64,000 nt of DNA from Chloroflexota bacterium (GTDB taxonomy: Bacteria; Chloroflexota; Dehalococcoidia; CAUJGQ01), in assembly GCA_963170165.1 (NCBI GenBank), contig CAUJGQ010000026.1:1758-65757 (forward strand). The letters are read 5' to 3'. A program made the position numbers and the translations under genes. Shown one piece after another: positions 26,259 through 35,578 of the stretch. Positions within the stretch are counted from its first letter, which is position 1; every line of letters starts with the position of its first letter. Below the pieces are notes generated by a model. It had not been told where the DNA came from, searched no databases, and saw only the letters and a program-made list of their open reading frames with translations.

Positions 26259-27404
26259 TTAGTCGGTGCGGTACGACCCCGGTAACAGGCTCAAGGGGTT
26301 GATGGGCGCGCCGTCCTTCTTCAGCTCGAAATGCAGATGTGCACCGGTGGAGAAGCCGGTGTTGCCACTCTTGCCCAGTTCCTTCCCCTGTCCCACCTCC
26401 TGGCCAACGCTGACAGCGACGCTGTTCAGGTGGGCATAGAGGGTAGAGTACCCGTCCGCGTGCTGCACGATCACGTGCAGGCCGTAGCTGCAGCACATTG
26501 AGCCACCGGCGAACGTTACGGTCCCCGGCGCCGCCGCAACGACGGGGTTGCCGCCGTTCGGGAACTCATCGATGTCGATACCGAGATGGCCGCCGCTGAA
26601 CAGCGTGCTGATCCGGCGGGAATCAACCGGCCAGATAAACCGGCTGTTCGCCACCGGTGCAGGCACGGAGGGCGCAGCGGCCGGGACGGGAGCAGCCGGG
26701 ACGTTGAAGTTCAGGTACTTGCCATCAACCCAACCGAGCTTCGTGTTGTAGATGATCGAATACCAGCCATCGGGGGTGGGCCGGCCAACCGCCTGTACCC
26801 GTGCGCCTCCCGGTGCCGTGGTGATCACTGAGTAGGCCACGCTCGGTCCGGCGCGCAGGTTGAGGCCATCGGTAGGTATCACCAGTGCCAGCCGCATATC
26901 GGTGGGCGGCGTTTGACCCGCCGCTGGTGTGGCGGTGGGCACCGGCGGCGGCGGCAATGGCGCAGTGGGGGTGGGCGCCGCTGCCACGACCGGTGCGGTT
27001 GGCGCCGGCACAGGTGTGTCGTTGAGCTTGAGATACTCGCCCAGCACAAAGCCGGTCTGGCCCTGGTAGGTCACAGGGTACCAGTTGTCGGATGCATTGC
27101 CATCGACGGAGACCGTCGCGTTGAACGGGACGACCGTGATGACCGAGTACGTTGTGCCAGGTCCGGCGCGGAGATTCACACCGTCCGGCGATGTGACGGT
27201 GGCGGTGCCTTCGGCATATGCGGCCGGTAGGAGCACCAGGAACATCCCGACGGCCAGGGCCACCGGGGTATAGCGGAGAGAGATGCGCCGCTGCGGCTGA
27301 CTATGGGGGCCTGCGTGAAACGGAGCGGGTTGGACCCGTCCGCGGCGGAGTATGCCGTTAATCCTCCCGGTCCTCCCTTCCTGTGACCCTGGGGCGCGGA
27401 TCAC
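26259..27404 (-). CDS. M23 (LytM) metallopeptidase with two bacterial SH3 domains
   Basis: Two SH3b repeats (VNLRAGPGTTYSVI / LNLRAGPSVAYSVI) separated by Pro/Ala/Thr linkers; C-terminal HLGIDID...GAHLHFE M23 motifs. Start uncertain (GTG 27404 or downstream). Confidence 0.8.
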   Translation of the reverse strand: MIRAPGSQEGRTGRINGILRRGRVQPAPFHAGPHSQPQRRISLRYTPVALAVGMFLVLLPAAYAEGTATVTSPDGVNLRAGPGTTYSVITVVPFNATVSVDGNASDNWYPVTYQGQTGFVLGEYLKLNDTPVPAPTAPVVAAAPTPTAPLPPPPVPTATPAAGQTPPTDMRLALVIPTDGLNLRAGPSVAYSVITTAPGGARVQAVGRPTPDGWYSIIYNTKLGWVDGKYLNFNVPAAPVPAAAPSVPAPVANSRFIWPVDSRRISTLFSGGHLGIDIDEFPNGGNPVVAAAPGTVTFAGGSMCCSYGLHVIVQHADGYSTLYAHLNSVAVSVGQEVGQGKELGKSGNTGFSTGAHLHFELKKDGAPINPLSLLPGSYRTD

Positions 27405-27566
27405 ACGCAGGAAGTTTATAGAACCGTAATGTCCTTCGCCAAGGGAGCACTGTCGCCCATCTCCGGGCAGAGTCGTGCCCTCCTGGCCACAGCCGTATGG
27501 AGCACAGGATCACGACTTCCTCATACTCAATCGCCCGCGCTCACCCGCTCATGCTCACGTTTTCCG

Positions 27567-28754
27567 TCACGCCGCGCCGCGCAGCCCCAGCACCTGGGCG
27601 GCCTCGCGCAGCCCGGCACGGGCGGCAGTGGTGTTGCGGCCAGCCCCACGCAGCACCTCGCCGGCCAGCTCTAGGAGGGCGCGGACGGCGCGTGGCGTAT
27701 CGAGGTCTGCTGCCAGCGCGGCCCAAAACCGCTCAAGCCAGGGCGCTGCTTCCACCTCTGGTCCGGCGCCCGCTGCGTCACGGTGACGGAGGGCAGTGGC
27801 TAGCCGTGCCGCCGCCTGATCCGCCGTCATCAGCTCGCCCGCCGTCCACTCCTGGCTGTCCCGGTAGTGAATACCGAGCAGTGACAGCCGGATAGCATCG
27901 GGATGGTGATCGCGCAGCAGATCCTTTACCAGCACCAGGTTGCCAAGGGACTTGCTCATCTTCTCGCCCTGGTATCGGATCATGCCGGTGTGCATCCAAC
28001 CGTGCACATATGGAGCGATGCCGGTGGCGCTCTCCGATTGAGCGATCTCGCTCTCATGGTGCGGGAAGATCAAGTCATGACCGCCGCCGTGCAGGTCCAG
28101 CGAGGGACCGGCAGCGGCTATCGCCATCGCGCTGCACTCGATATGCCAGCCTGGCCGGCCACGGCCCCAGGGTGCGTCCCAGGCCGGCTCGCCGCCAGCC
28201 TCCTCCTGCCACAGCAGAAAGTCGAGCGGATCACGCGGGCCCGCTCGCAGGCGCTGCCGGTGCGCTTCCGCCAGCATGTGCTCGCGCGGCAGGCGGCTAA
28301 GACGGCCGTACGCAGGAAACGACGAAACGTCGAAGTAAACAGCGCCGGCGGCGGTGTAAGCATTCCCTCGGCGCAGCAACGCATCGATCAGTTCGATGAT
28401 CTGAGGCATAGCCGCGGAGGCGTAGGGGGTATGGTGGGGCGGCAATACGCCGAGCGCGCGCATGTCGTCATTGAACCAGTCGACGTTGATGCGCGTCAGT
28501 TCTGAGATAGAGACGCCGCGCTCGCGCGACTTGCGCACCATGTCATCATCGACGTCGGTGACGTTCTGGATATGCGTGACGGCGACGCCCTGCCACTCCA
28601 GATAGCGGCGCAGAACATCAAACATGGTGTACGTGAACGCATGTCCGAGGTGGGTGACATCGTACGGCGTGATGCCGCACACATACAGGCTGAGCCGGCC
28701 GTTGCGCGGGCGCACGGATTGCAGCTGGCGCGTAAGGCTATTGTAGAGCTGCAT
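27567..28754 (-). CDS. Class I CysRS-family ligase, short MshC-like form
   Basis: HIGH (HLGHA), GRGRPGWHIECSAM, GGGHDLIFPHHE, KMSKS all present; only about 120 aa after KMSKS (395 aa total) as in MshC cysteine ligases rather than full CysRS. Confidence 0.8.
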   Translation of the reverse strand: MQLYNSLTRQLQSVRPRNGRLSLYVCGITPYDVTHLGHAFTYTMFDVLRRYLEWQGVAVTHIQNVTDVDDDMVRKSRERGVSISELTRINVDWFNDDMRALGVLPPHHTPYASAAMPQIIELIDALLRRGNAYTAAGAVYFDVSSFPAYGRLSRLPREHMLAEAHRQRLRAGPRDPLDFLLWQEEAGGEPAWDAPWGRGRPGWHIECSAMAIAAAGPSLDLHGGGHDLIFPHHESEIAQSESATGIAPYVHGWMHTGMIRYQGEKMSKSLGNLVLVKDLLRDHHPDAIRLSLLGIHYRDSQEWTAGELMTADQAAARLATALRHRDAAGAGPEVEAAPWLERFWAALAADLDTPRAVRALLELAGEVLRGAGRNTTAARAGLREAAQVLGLRGAA

Positions 28755-28779
28755 CGCCCTACCCGAGCGCGCCCGGCGC

Positions 28780-28822
28780 CGAAATGCGGACAGGCCCGCT
28801 CAGAAAGAACGGGCCCGCATTG
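28780..28822. promoter_or_regulatory. Stable bulged hairpin (AATGCGG-ACA-GGCCCG ... CGGGCC-CGCATT) 25 nt upstream of the CysRS-like gene start
   Basis: About 13-bp interrupted stem with an 11-nt loop; no adjacent U-run on either strand. Confidence 0.3.
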
Positions 28823-29228
28823 CCTAACGTACCTGTTGGATCCCCGGCCATCGGCGCTGTCTACCGGCGGCCATCCGCCGAGCCGCGCTCCCGAGCAACC
28901 CGGGACACCGCGCTGTGCTGGCCTAGGCCCGGGGGTGTCCGGACGTGGCCCCGCCCTGGGGCCTCATCGATCCACCTGCCAGACTCCGAAGCGTGCGTGG
29001 AGCGCAACGTCCATACGCGCCTCCCCTGGATGGTTGGCCTGGTTCCCGCCTCACATCAGCGGCTTCACCTACACTGAACACCCGCAGCGGGCGGATCGCA
29101 AGGCGCCAGAACCAGGTTGGCCGGAGACCTGCGCCGGCCACAGGCATTGTGCTCACTCAGACCCAATCGTACGAGTGAAATATCCGGGAGAAGCGCACTA
29201 CAGACCAAGGAGCCGGTTGGTGCTCAAG

Positions 29229-29945
29229 TCACGAGGCTGGCCGGCGGGCGACGCACACCAGGGAGGCGCCGATCGGCAGCTCCCAGTGACGGAGCAGCGG
29301 CCGTTCTGAGGTAAGCACACCGCGCAGCAGCGCATTCAACGGCCCGGGCACCTCATCGAGATGGTCACCGGCGCCGTTCTTCCGATGGAGAACCTTGCGG
29401 GTAGCCGCGAGCGGCAGCAGCAGGGCGTTGTAGTAGCTGGTGCGCTCAGGTTCCAGGCCGCCACGCCACACCGACCGCTCTAACGTCCGGCGGCTGTACC
29501 GCCGGTAGTGGTGATTGACGACGTCATGGTCACTCCACAACCACTGCAACGCCGGCACCGTGAGCACGGCGACGCCACCCGGTTTCAGCACCCGGCTCGC
29601 CTCCCGCAGCAAGGCAACGTCATCTTCGACGTGCTCAATCACGTCCAGCGCCAGGATGGCGTCGAAGGATGCGTCAGGAAACGGCAGGTCAAAGCCAGAG
29701 CCCAGCATCACCGGCAGACCTCGGCGATGGCAGAACGCCACAGCTTCTGGCGTCGGGTCGATACCGTAGGCAGGCCCGAATCCGGACAGGTGTGCCAGCA
29801 CACCGCCGGTCCCGCAGCCGATGTCCAGCACGGGACCGCACACCCCGGCCTGCTTGAGCTGGTCCACCACGATCTTGCGGCGGCCAACGAACCACCAGTG
29901 GCGATCCTCGACCTCAAAGAACCGATCGAAGAGTTCTGTTTCCAA
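29229..29945 (-). CDS. Class I SAM-dependent methyltransferase
   Basis: VLDIGCGTGGV (motif I), ILALDVIEHV, LKPGGV. Confidence 0.8.
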   Translation of the reverse strand: METELFDRFFEVEDRHWWFVGRRKIVVDQLKQAGVCGPVLDIGCGTGGVLAHLSGFGPAYGIDPTPEAVAFCHRRGLPVMLGSGFDLPFPDASFDAILALDVIEHVEDDVALLREASRVLKPGGVAVLTVPALQWLWSDHDVVNHHYRRYSRRTLERSVWRGGLEPERTSYYNALLLPLAATRKVLHRKNGAGDHLDEVPGPLNALLRGVLTSERPLLRHWELPIGASLVCVARRPAS

Positions 29946-29995
29946 GCGTGTGTCACCGGGTGGGGACGGCGAGCGCCGGCAGTGTCCGCATCACC

Positions 29996-30511
29996 TTATC
30001 GAGCGTTCAGGTTTCTGTCGAGGGCGGCGGGCAGCGTGGCCAGCAGGCGGGCGCGCTCATAGATCCAGTCCGGCGAACCGGCTGGCCAGCGCCACCCACC
30101 AGCCAGCGACAGGACGGCGTGGTTCACCAGCACGTCAATCCGGTACAGCACGAATCGCCCGCCGCCGTCCACGATATCTCCGCGCACGGCGATGGCCTCG
30201 GAGCCGATGCGTGGCGGGAATAGCGGCCGCACCACCGCACCAACCGGCAACACCGGACGTGATGTCAGCGCGCACAGTGCGGCAGTCCGGCGGCAGTACG
30301 ACGTGACTGCCAGTTCGACCAATAGCGGAGCAGCCGGACCAGGCGATGCCGGCGCCAGCCAGCGGCACTGCGCGCGGTCATCGCCTTCGGTGCCGGTTTC
30401 GCGGTCGGTGCAGTCGCCGCCTGGGCCGTACGCATACCCCGGGGGCAGTGTGGACGCGATGGCATCGACGGCAGCGGCGAACAGCACAGGCATTGGCGAG
30501 GCGGCGACCAT
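29996..30511 (-). CDS. Hypothetical protein (start uncertain)
   Basis: Only substantial ORF in the 650-nt gap, co-directional with neighbours. C-terminal half looks protein-like; N-terminal half is low complexity. Confidence 0.35.
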   Translation of the reverse strand: MVAASPMPVLFAAAVDAIASTLPPGYAYGPGGDCTDRETGTEGDDRAQCRWLAPASPGPAAPLLVELAVTSYCRRTAALCALTSRPVLPVGAVVRPLFPPRIGSEAIAVRGDIVDGGGRFVLYRIDVLVNHAVLSLAGGWRWPAGSPDWIYERARLLATLPAALDRNLNAR

Positions 30512-30601
30512 GGTAGGGGCCTCCGGTAGCGGGTTCCGGCGGTTCTGGGCGCGATGCTACGCCCCGTGCCGGAAGCGGTCAACCACGGATCGCGACGCCA
30601 C

Positions 30602-32299
30602 TTATCCGGCGGTCACCTGCATAACAGCCGCTGCGACATGCCCGGCCGGGACATCGGCGCGCACGGTTGCCCGGCCGGCGCCCTCCAGCAGCACAAAGCG
30701 CAGAACTCTACCGGAGACCTTCTTGTCCAGCTTCATTGCCTCCATCACTGCCGCCGGATCGATACCAGGGGCTGTCAGAGGCAGGCCAAAGCGGGCAAGC
30801 AGCCGGTTCTGCCGGTCCACCAGGGTGTCATCGACCATGCCGAGCCGCCGGCCAATTTCCGCCGCGGCCACCATGCCGATCGCCACGGCCTCACCGTGGA
30901 GCAGCCTCGTGTAGCCGCTCACTGCCTCCAGGGCGTGCCCGGTGGTATGTCCGTAGTTCAGCAGCATCCGCAGGCCGTCCTCCCGCTCGTCGGCGCTGAC
31001 CACAGCTGCCTTGATCGCGATGCTCCGGCGCAGCACCCGGACGAGCGGTTCTTCCTCCATCGCCAGTAGCCGTTCGGCGTCCTGCTCCAGCCACTCCAGC
31101 AGCTCGGTGTCACGAATCAGCGCGTGCTTGATCACTTCTGCCCACCCGGAAATGAACTCACGCCGGGGTAGCGTCGTCAGCAACGCAGCATCGGCTACCA
31201 CCAGCCGTGGCTGATAGAAGGCGCCGATCAGGTTCTTGCCATCGCGATGGTTGACCGCCACCTTGCCACCGATTGCGGCGTCGACCATCCCTAACAGGCT
31301 GGTGGAGACATGCACCAACGGCAGGCCACGCAGATAGGTTGCGGCCACGAACCCACCCATGTCCGTTGCCACACCACCACCGAAGGCAATCACGGTGTGC
31401 TTGCGCTCGGCCCGCACGGCAACCAGCCGGTCAAACAGTTCCGCTGCAACATCGAGCGACTTCCGCTCCTCACTCATGGCGATATCGTGCAACTGCGGCT
31501 CGAACCTGCCTTCGGCTAGCACATCCAGCAGCCGCTGGCCGTGCAACGCTGACACGCTCATGTCTGCGATTACATGCACCACCGGCCCCAAGCCGGCGTC
31601 GCGCAGCCAGCCTGGCAGCCGTGCGACCGCATCCCAACCGGCGTAGGCCGGATAAACGCCACCGGGCGTCTTTACCACCGCGGCGAGGTCGGGCGCGCGC
31701 TCTGCCGTTGCCTCGGCCGCGGCCAGCGACTCCGCGCGGCCGGCGCGACGGATGAGCGTGCCGCCGCGCCGCTGCCAAATCCCCACGATCTCATCTGCGA
31801 CGTCGTCGGGGCTCAGTCCGTCCGTGCGAATCACCCAGTCCGCCAGCGCATAGAGCGGCGCACGCTCGGCACGCAGCCGCTCCAGGCGCTGTGCGGGGTC
31901 ATCGCCGGCCAGCAGCGGGCGGACCGCGGCGCCACCACGGCCGCCACTCACGCGCTTCGCCAGCACTGCGGTGGAGGTGTCCAGAAGGAGGACCAGCGTA
32001 TGACGCCACAACTGCTCACGGTTCGTGGGATCAAGAATCGCTCCGCCGCCGGTGGCGATCACCAGCCGCTCACGTTCGCTGAGACTGCCAACCACGCGCT
32101 GCTCCAGCGCGCGAAACACCGCTTCGCCGGACTCTGCGAAGATGCGAGGAATCTCACGGCCGTCCTCGGCGACGATCAGATCGTCGGTGTCCGCCCAAGC
32201 CCAGCGGAGGCGCGCGGCCACACGGCGGGCGGTGGAAGACTTGCCGCTCCCGGACAAACCGATGAGCACGATGCGTAGTGGGTTGCCGGCCTGAGGCAT
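30602..32299 (-). CDS. aroKB: Bifunctional shikimate kinase / 3-dehydroquinate synthase
   Basis: N-terminal IVLIGLSGSGKSS Walker A with shikimate-kinase core; C-terminal DHQS (GGGVATDMGGF ... LNYGHTTGHALE). Confidence 0.85.
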   Translation of the reverse strand: MPQAGNPLRIVLIGLSGSGKSSTARRVAARLRWAWADTDDLIVAEDGREIPRIFAESGEAVFRALEQRVVGSLSERERLVIATGGGAILDPTNREQLWRHTLVLLLDTSTAVLAKRVSGGRGGAAVRPLLAGDDPAQRLERLRAERAPLYALADWVIRTDGLSPDDVADEIVGIWQRRGGTLIRRAGRAESLAAAEATAERAPDLAAVVKTPGGVYPAYAGWDAVARLPGWLRDAGLGPVVHVIADMSVSALHGQRLLDVLAEGRFEPQLHDIAMSEERKSLDVAAELFDRLVAVRAERKHTVIAFGGGVATDMGGFVAATYLRGLPLVHVSTSLLGMVDAAIGGKVAVNHRDGKNLIGAFYQPRLVVADAALLTTLPRREFISGWAEVIKHALIRDTELLEWLEQDAERLLAMEEEPLVRVLRRSIAIKAAVVSADEREDGLRMLLNYGHTTGHALEAVSGYTRLLHGEAVAIGMVAAAEIGRRLGMVDDTLVDRQNRLLARFGLPLTAPGIDPAAVMEAMKLDKKVSGRVLRFVLLEGAGRATVRADVPAGHVAAAVMQVTAG

Positions 32300-32385
32300 G
32301 ATGCGATGGCTCCGGGCACCGCTGATGTGCGCTGCGAGCGTAGCAGAGCGGCCGGGCGCGAGCGATGGCGGCGGACAACCGCGCG

Positions 32386-33060
32386 CTAGTCCATATCGAC
32401 GGGCAACGGCTCCAGCCGGTCTGCCGCGGCGTCCGCGCTGGAGACGGGCGTACAGCCTTCGGGCGGCGGGCCCGGGTCAAACGGCTCTGCTTGTCCGCGC
32501 GCGTCAACGGTGTAGCGGGTATCGAGCCGCTCGACGATCTCGCTACCGCGCAATTCATCCCAGTCGATAGCATCGACAGCGCCCCGCTCCGCGGTCACGG
32601 ACAGGATGCAGCCCTGAGTGGGCAGACCATCTACTCCGGCGGTGGTGGTATAAACATCGACACGGACTTCGGCCAGCCGGAGATTAGGCACGTCGTACAT
32701 CACCAGCTCAACCACTTTGGCCGCCAGGCGCTTGGCCGCCTCTATGGGAGAGGTGACTTCCTGGGGCCGGCCGCCGCTGATGCGGAACTCACCCTCGGCA
32801 GTACAGGTGACCAGCGCCGCATCGGCGCCCACTGCCGCGAGTTCGACGGTCTGTACACCATGCCACAGCACGGGTGCGGTTCCCTTCGGAACCCGGATCC
32901 GCCGCCAGCGATCAAACTCCTGGTCCAGCAATGTGCGAACAGCGGTGATGTCACCCTGCGCCACCAGGCCGCGCCAGTGCCGGTGGGCGCGCGTCTCCTG
33001 GAAGATGATGTAGGTGAGCAACAGCCCGAACAGGACAATTCCCAATACTGCCCATTCCAT
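32386..33060 (-). CDS. Membrane-anchored hypothetical protein
   Basis: N-terminal TM (MEWAVLGIVLFGLLLTYIIF) plus soluble domain; sits between aroE and aroKB. Confidence 0.55.
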   Translation of the reverse strand: MEWAVLGIVLFGLLLTYIIFQETRAHRHWRGLVAQGDITAVRTLLDQEFDRWRRIRVPKGTAPVLWHGVQTVELAAVGADAALVTCTAEGEFRISGGRPQEVTSPIEAAKRLAAKVVELVMYDVPNLRLAEVRVDVYTTTAGVDGLPTQGCILSVTAERGAVDAIDWDELRGSEIVERLDTRYTVDARGQAEPFDPGPPPEGCTPVSSADAAADRLEPLPVDMD

Positions 33061-33106
33061 CAGCGCCGCCTTACCGCCACTAGCGATAACCTAACCATAA
33101 CGTCAA

Positions 33107-33961
33107 CTACGCCGGCTCGTACATGGCGCGCCGGGCCGCATCCAGCATGATGGCAAAGGGAGCCGGCCGGCCGGTCCACAGCTCAAGCGACCGCGCCCCC
33201 TGGCGTACCAGCATCGACAGCCCGCCCAGCGTCCGGCAGCCGCGCTCGGCAGCCGCCCGGAGCAGTGGGGTCACCGCCGGGTTAGCAACGATGTCGACCA
33301 CGAACCATGCCGGTTGCAGCAGGCCGGCAGGAAGCGGCAGCATCCCCTCTCCGGCAGCATGAAGCATCCCGGCGGTGGTGCAATTGACCAGCAGGTCGAT
33401 GGGTGTTAGCAGCTTCGAAAGGGCTTCTCCATCGCCAGCCAGCGGCGCAGCTGCGGTCTTGCCATCGGGCATCGCCGAAACCAGTGCCTCGGCGCGGGCA
33501 ACGGTGCGATTCAACACCAGCACGCGGCTGGCGCCCGCCTGGACTAATCCCCACACAATCGCGCGCGCGGCGCCACCGGCGCCCAGGACCGCAACCGTGG
33601 CCCCCTTCGGCTCGAAACCGCCGTCGAGCCGGAGCGCGGACAAGAACCCTTCGATGTCCGTGTTGTAGCCGGTCAAGCGGCCTTCCCGGTTGACGATGGT
33701 GTTGACCGCGCCGGCATGCCCGGCTGCCTCATCCACCGCATCGAGCAACGGCATCACCGCCTGCTTATGCGGCACGGTGACGTTGGCCCCCAGCGCATCC
33801 GGATGGCGCAGCGAGGTCACGCGCCCGGCCAGCGCCGCCGCCGGAGTCTGCCAGGCCTCATAGCGAGCATCGAGACCCAGCGCATCCAGGGCTGCCTGCT
33901 GGAACACGGGCGAAACCGAGTGAGCCACCGGATCGCCAATCAAACCGAGTCGTAGTGTCAT
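33107..33961 (-). CDS. aroE: Shikimate dehydrogenase
   Basis: LGLIGDPVAHSVSP ... AVLGAGGAARA. Confidence 0.9.
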   Translation of the reverse strand: MTLRLGLIGDPVAHSVSPVFQQAALDALGLDARYEAWQTPAAALAGRVTSLRHPDALGANVTVPHKQAVMPLLDAVDEAAGHAGAVNTIVNREGRLTGYNTDIEGFLSALRLDGGFEPKGATVAVLGAGGAARAIVWGLVQAGASRVLVLNRTVARAEALVSAMPDGKTAAAPLAGDGEALSKLLTPIDLLVNCTTAGMLHAAGEGMLPLPAGLLQPAWFVVDIVANPAVTPLLRAAAERGCRTLGGLSMLVRQGARSLELWTGRPAPFAIMLDAARRAMYEPA

Positions 33962-33963
33962 AC

Positions 33964-35034
33964 TCAGCGCTGGTACCTCGCCACGTTGCGGTTGTGCTCA
34001 TCAAGCGTGTCGGCGAAGGCATGGCTGCCGTCACCCTTGGCTACGAAGTACAGGTGCTTGACGGCGGCCGGATGGGCGACGGCGCGCAGTGCCGCCAAAC
34101 CGGGCGAGGCGATTGGCCCCGGTGGGAGGCCGGCGTTCTGGTAGGTGTTATAGGGCGACGGCGCCTTCAGGTCATCGAGAGTCAGGTCGCGCTTCCACCA
34201 ACCGTACGACTCTACTGACTTGGGGTCGGCGCTGAGCGCGTACTGTACCGTCGGGTCGGCCTGCAGCGGCATGCCGACCTTGATGCGATTGAGGTAAACG
34301 GCCGCGATGATCGGTCGCTCCTCCGCTACCTGCGCCTCGCGCTCGACGATAGCCGCAATGGTTACAGCCTGGTGCAGTTCAAGGCCCTGGGCCTTGGCGG
34401 CGGCACGCAACTCTTCGGTGAACCGCTCGTCGAAGGTCGTGAGCAGCCGTTGCACCACATCACGGGCCGTGGCCTTCTTCTCAAAGAAGTACGTGTCAGG
34501 GAACAGGTAGCCGTCGAGTGTTGCGCCGGCCGGCCGCTGCTGAAGGAACGGCTGCGTGTAGTCGGCCGCCTGCGCCGCCGCGATAAAGTCAGCCGCAGTG
34601 AACATCCCGAGCCGCTCGAAGATCGCGGCGACCTCCTCCAAGCGCTTCCCCTCGGGGATAGTGACCGTGACAGCCGGAACCGTCACCCCGGTGCGCAGCC
34701 GGCGAATGGCCTCCACCACAGGCACGCCGCGACTGAACTCGTACTCACCGGCAGCGAGCTTGGATTGCAGCCCCATCAGGCCGCTGATCGTGGTGAATAA
34801 CCCCGCGTCAGAAATGACACCGGCGCGTTCCATCTGCCGGGCGATGCCTTCACCGCTGGCGCCGGCGGCCACCTTGATCTTGACCGTCTCCGCGCTCACC
34901 GGCAGAGGACCGCGGCCGTGGACGGCATCATCCTTTGCCACAAAACCGGGAGCACAAAATGTCGCTGCCACCGTTGCGACCGTAATCGCCACCAGTAGCG
35001 CCAGATTCACCAGTGATGCCCGCACACGTGGCAC
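33964..35034 (-). CDS. mltG: Endolytic murein transglycosylase MltG (YceG family)
   Basis: N-terminal TM then YceG-like domain (DGYLFPDTYFF ... AAVYLNRIK). Confidence 0.85.
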   Translation of the reverse strand: MPRVRASLVNLALLVAITVATVAATFCAPGFVAKDDAVHGRGPLPVSAETVKIKVAAGASGEGIARQMERAGVISDAGLFTTISGLMGLQSKLAAGEYEFSRGVPVVEAIRRLRTGVTVPAVTVTIPEGKRLEEVAAIFERLGMFTAADFIAAAQAADYTQPFLQQRPAGATLDGYLFPDTYFFEKKATARDVVQRLLTTFDERFTEELRAAAKAQGLELHQAVTIAAIVEREAQVAEERPIIAAVYLNRIKVGMPLQADPTVQYALSADPKSVESYGWWKRDLTLDDLKAPSPYNTYQNAGLPPGPIASPGLAALRAVAHPAAVKHLYFVAKGDGSHAFADTLDEHNRNVARYQR

Positions 35035-35117
35035 GGCTTACTCCCGACGGCGCGCTGCGATGCGCCGCGTGCCCCTATGGTACCGGATGAGATGAGGGCA
35101 GCCGCACCAGCCGGCGG

Positions 35118-35549
35118 TTACTCCACGGGTGGAAGCGGCGGAAAACGCAGGCTGTCCAGATACGCCTGCAGAACGATGGCGGCGGCGGCAGCGTCCCGGT
35201 GCTGCTTCGCGTCTCGGGAGCGGACGCCGGCTCGCTGGAAGTGCCGGTCCGCCTCGACCGACGACAGCCGCTCGTCATAGAGCACCACTTCGACCGCCGT
35301 ACGGGTGCGCAGCAGCTCAGCGAACTCCTGCGTGCGGAGCGCCTGCGGTCCGAGGCTGCCATCAAGCGATACCGGCAGGCCGACGACCACGCGGTCAACC
35401 GCTTCGTCTGCCGCAAGTTGCGCGATAGCGCGGACACCGTCTTCGTTCTTGCGGTCTACGACGGAACGCGGTACCGCTAGCCGCCCATCCGGATCGGAGA
35501 TCGCGACACCGATGCGGCGATCACCGACATCCAGGCCCAACATTCGCAT
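35118..35549 (-). CDS. ruvX: Holliday-junction resolvase-like pre-16S rRNA nuclease RuvX/YqgF
   Basis: MRMLGLDVGDRRIGVAISD; GGGGAG RBS before ATG 35549; the longer ORF-track start is rejected. Confidence 0.85.
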   Translation of the reverse strand: MRMLGLDVGDRRIGVAISDPDGRLAVPRSVVDRKNEDGVRAIAQLAADEAVDRVVVGLPVSLDGSLGPQALRTQEFAELLRTRTAVEVVLYDERLSSVEADRHFQRAGVRSRDAKQHRDAAAAAIVLQAYLDSLRFPPLPPVE

Positions 35550-35578
35550 CGCCGCTCCCCATACCGCGGCCCGCCCAA

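Noticed and set aside
28831-29228. tmRNA / RNase P RNA / SRP RNA in the 400-bp gap
   Set aside because: The conserved blocks I checked on either strand (GGAAAGTCCGGGC, tRNA-like GGTTCGA(A/G)TCC...CCA end) were not found; kept only as an unexplained region.
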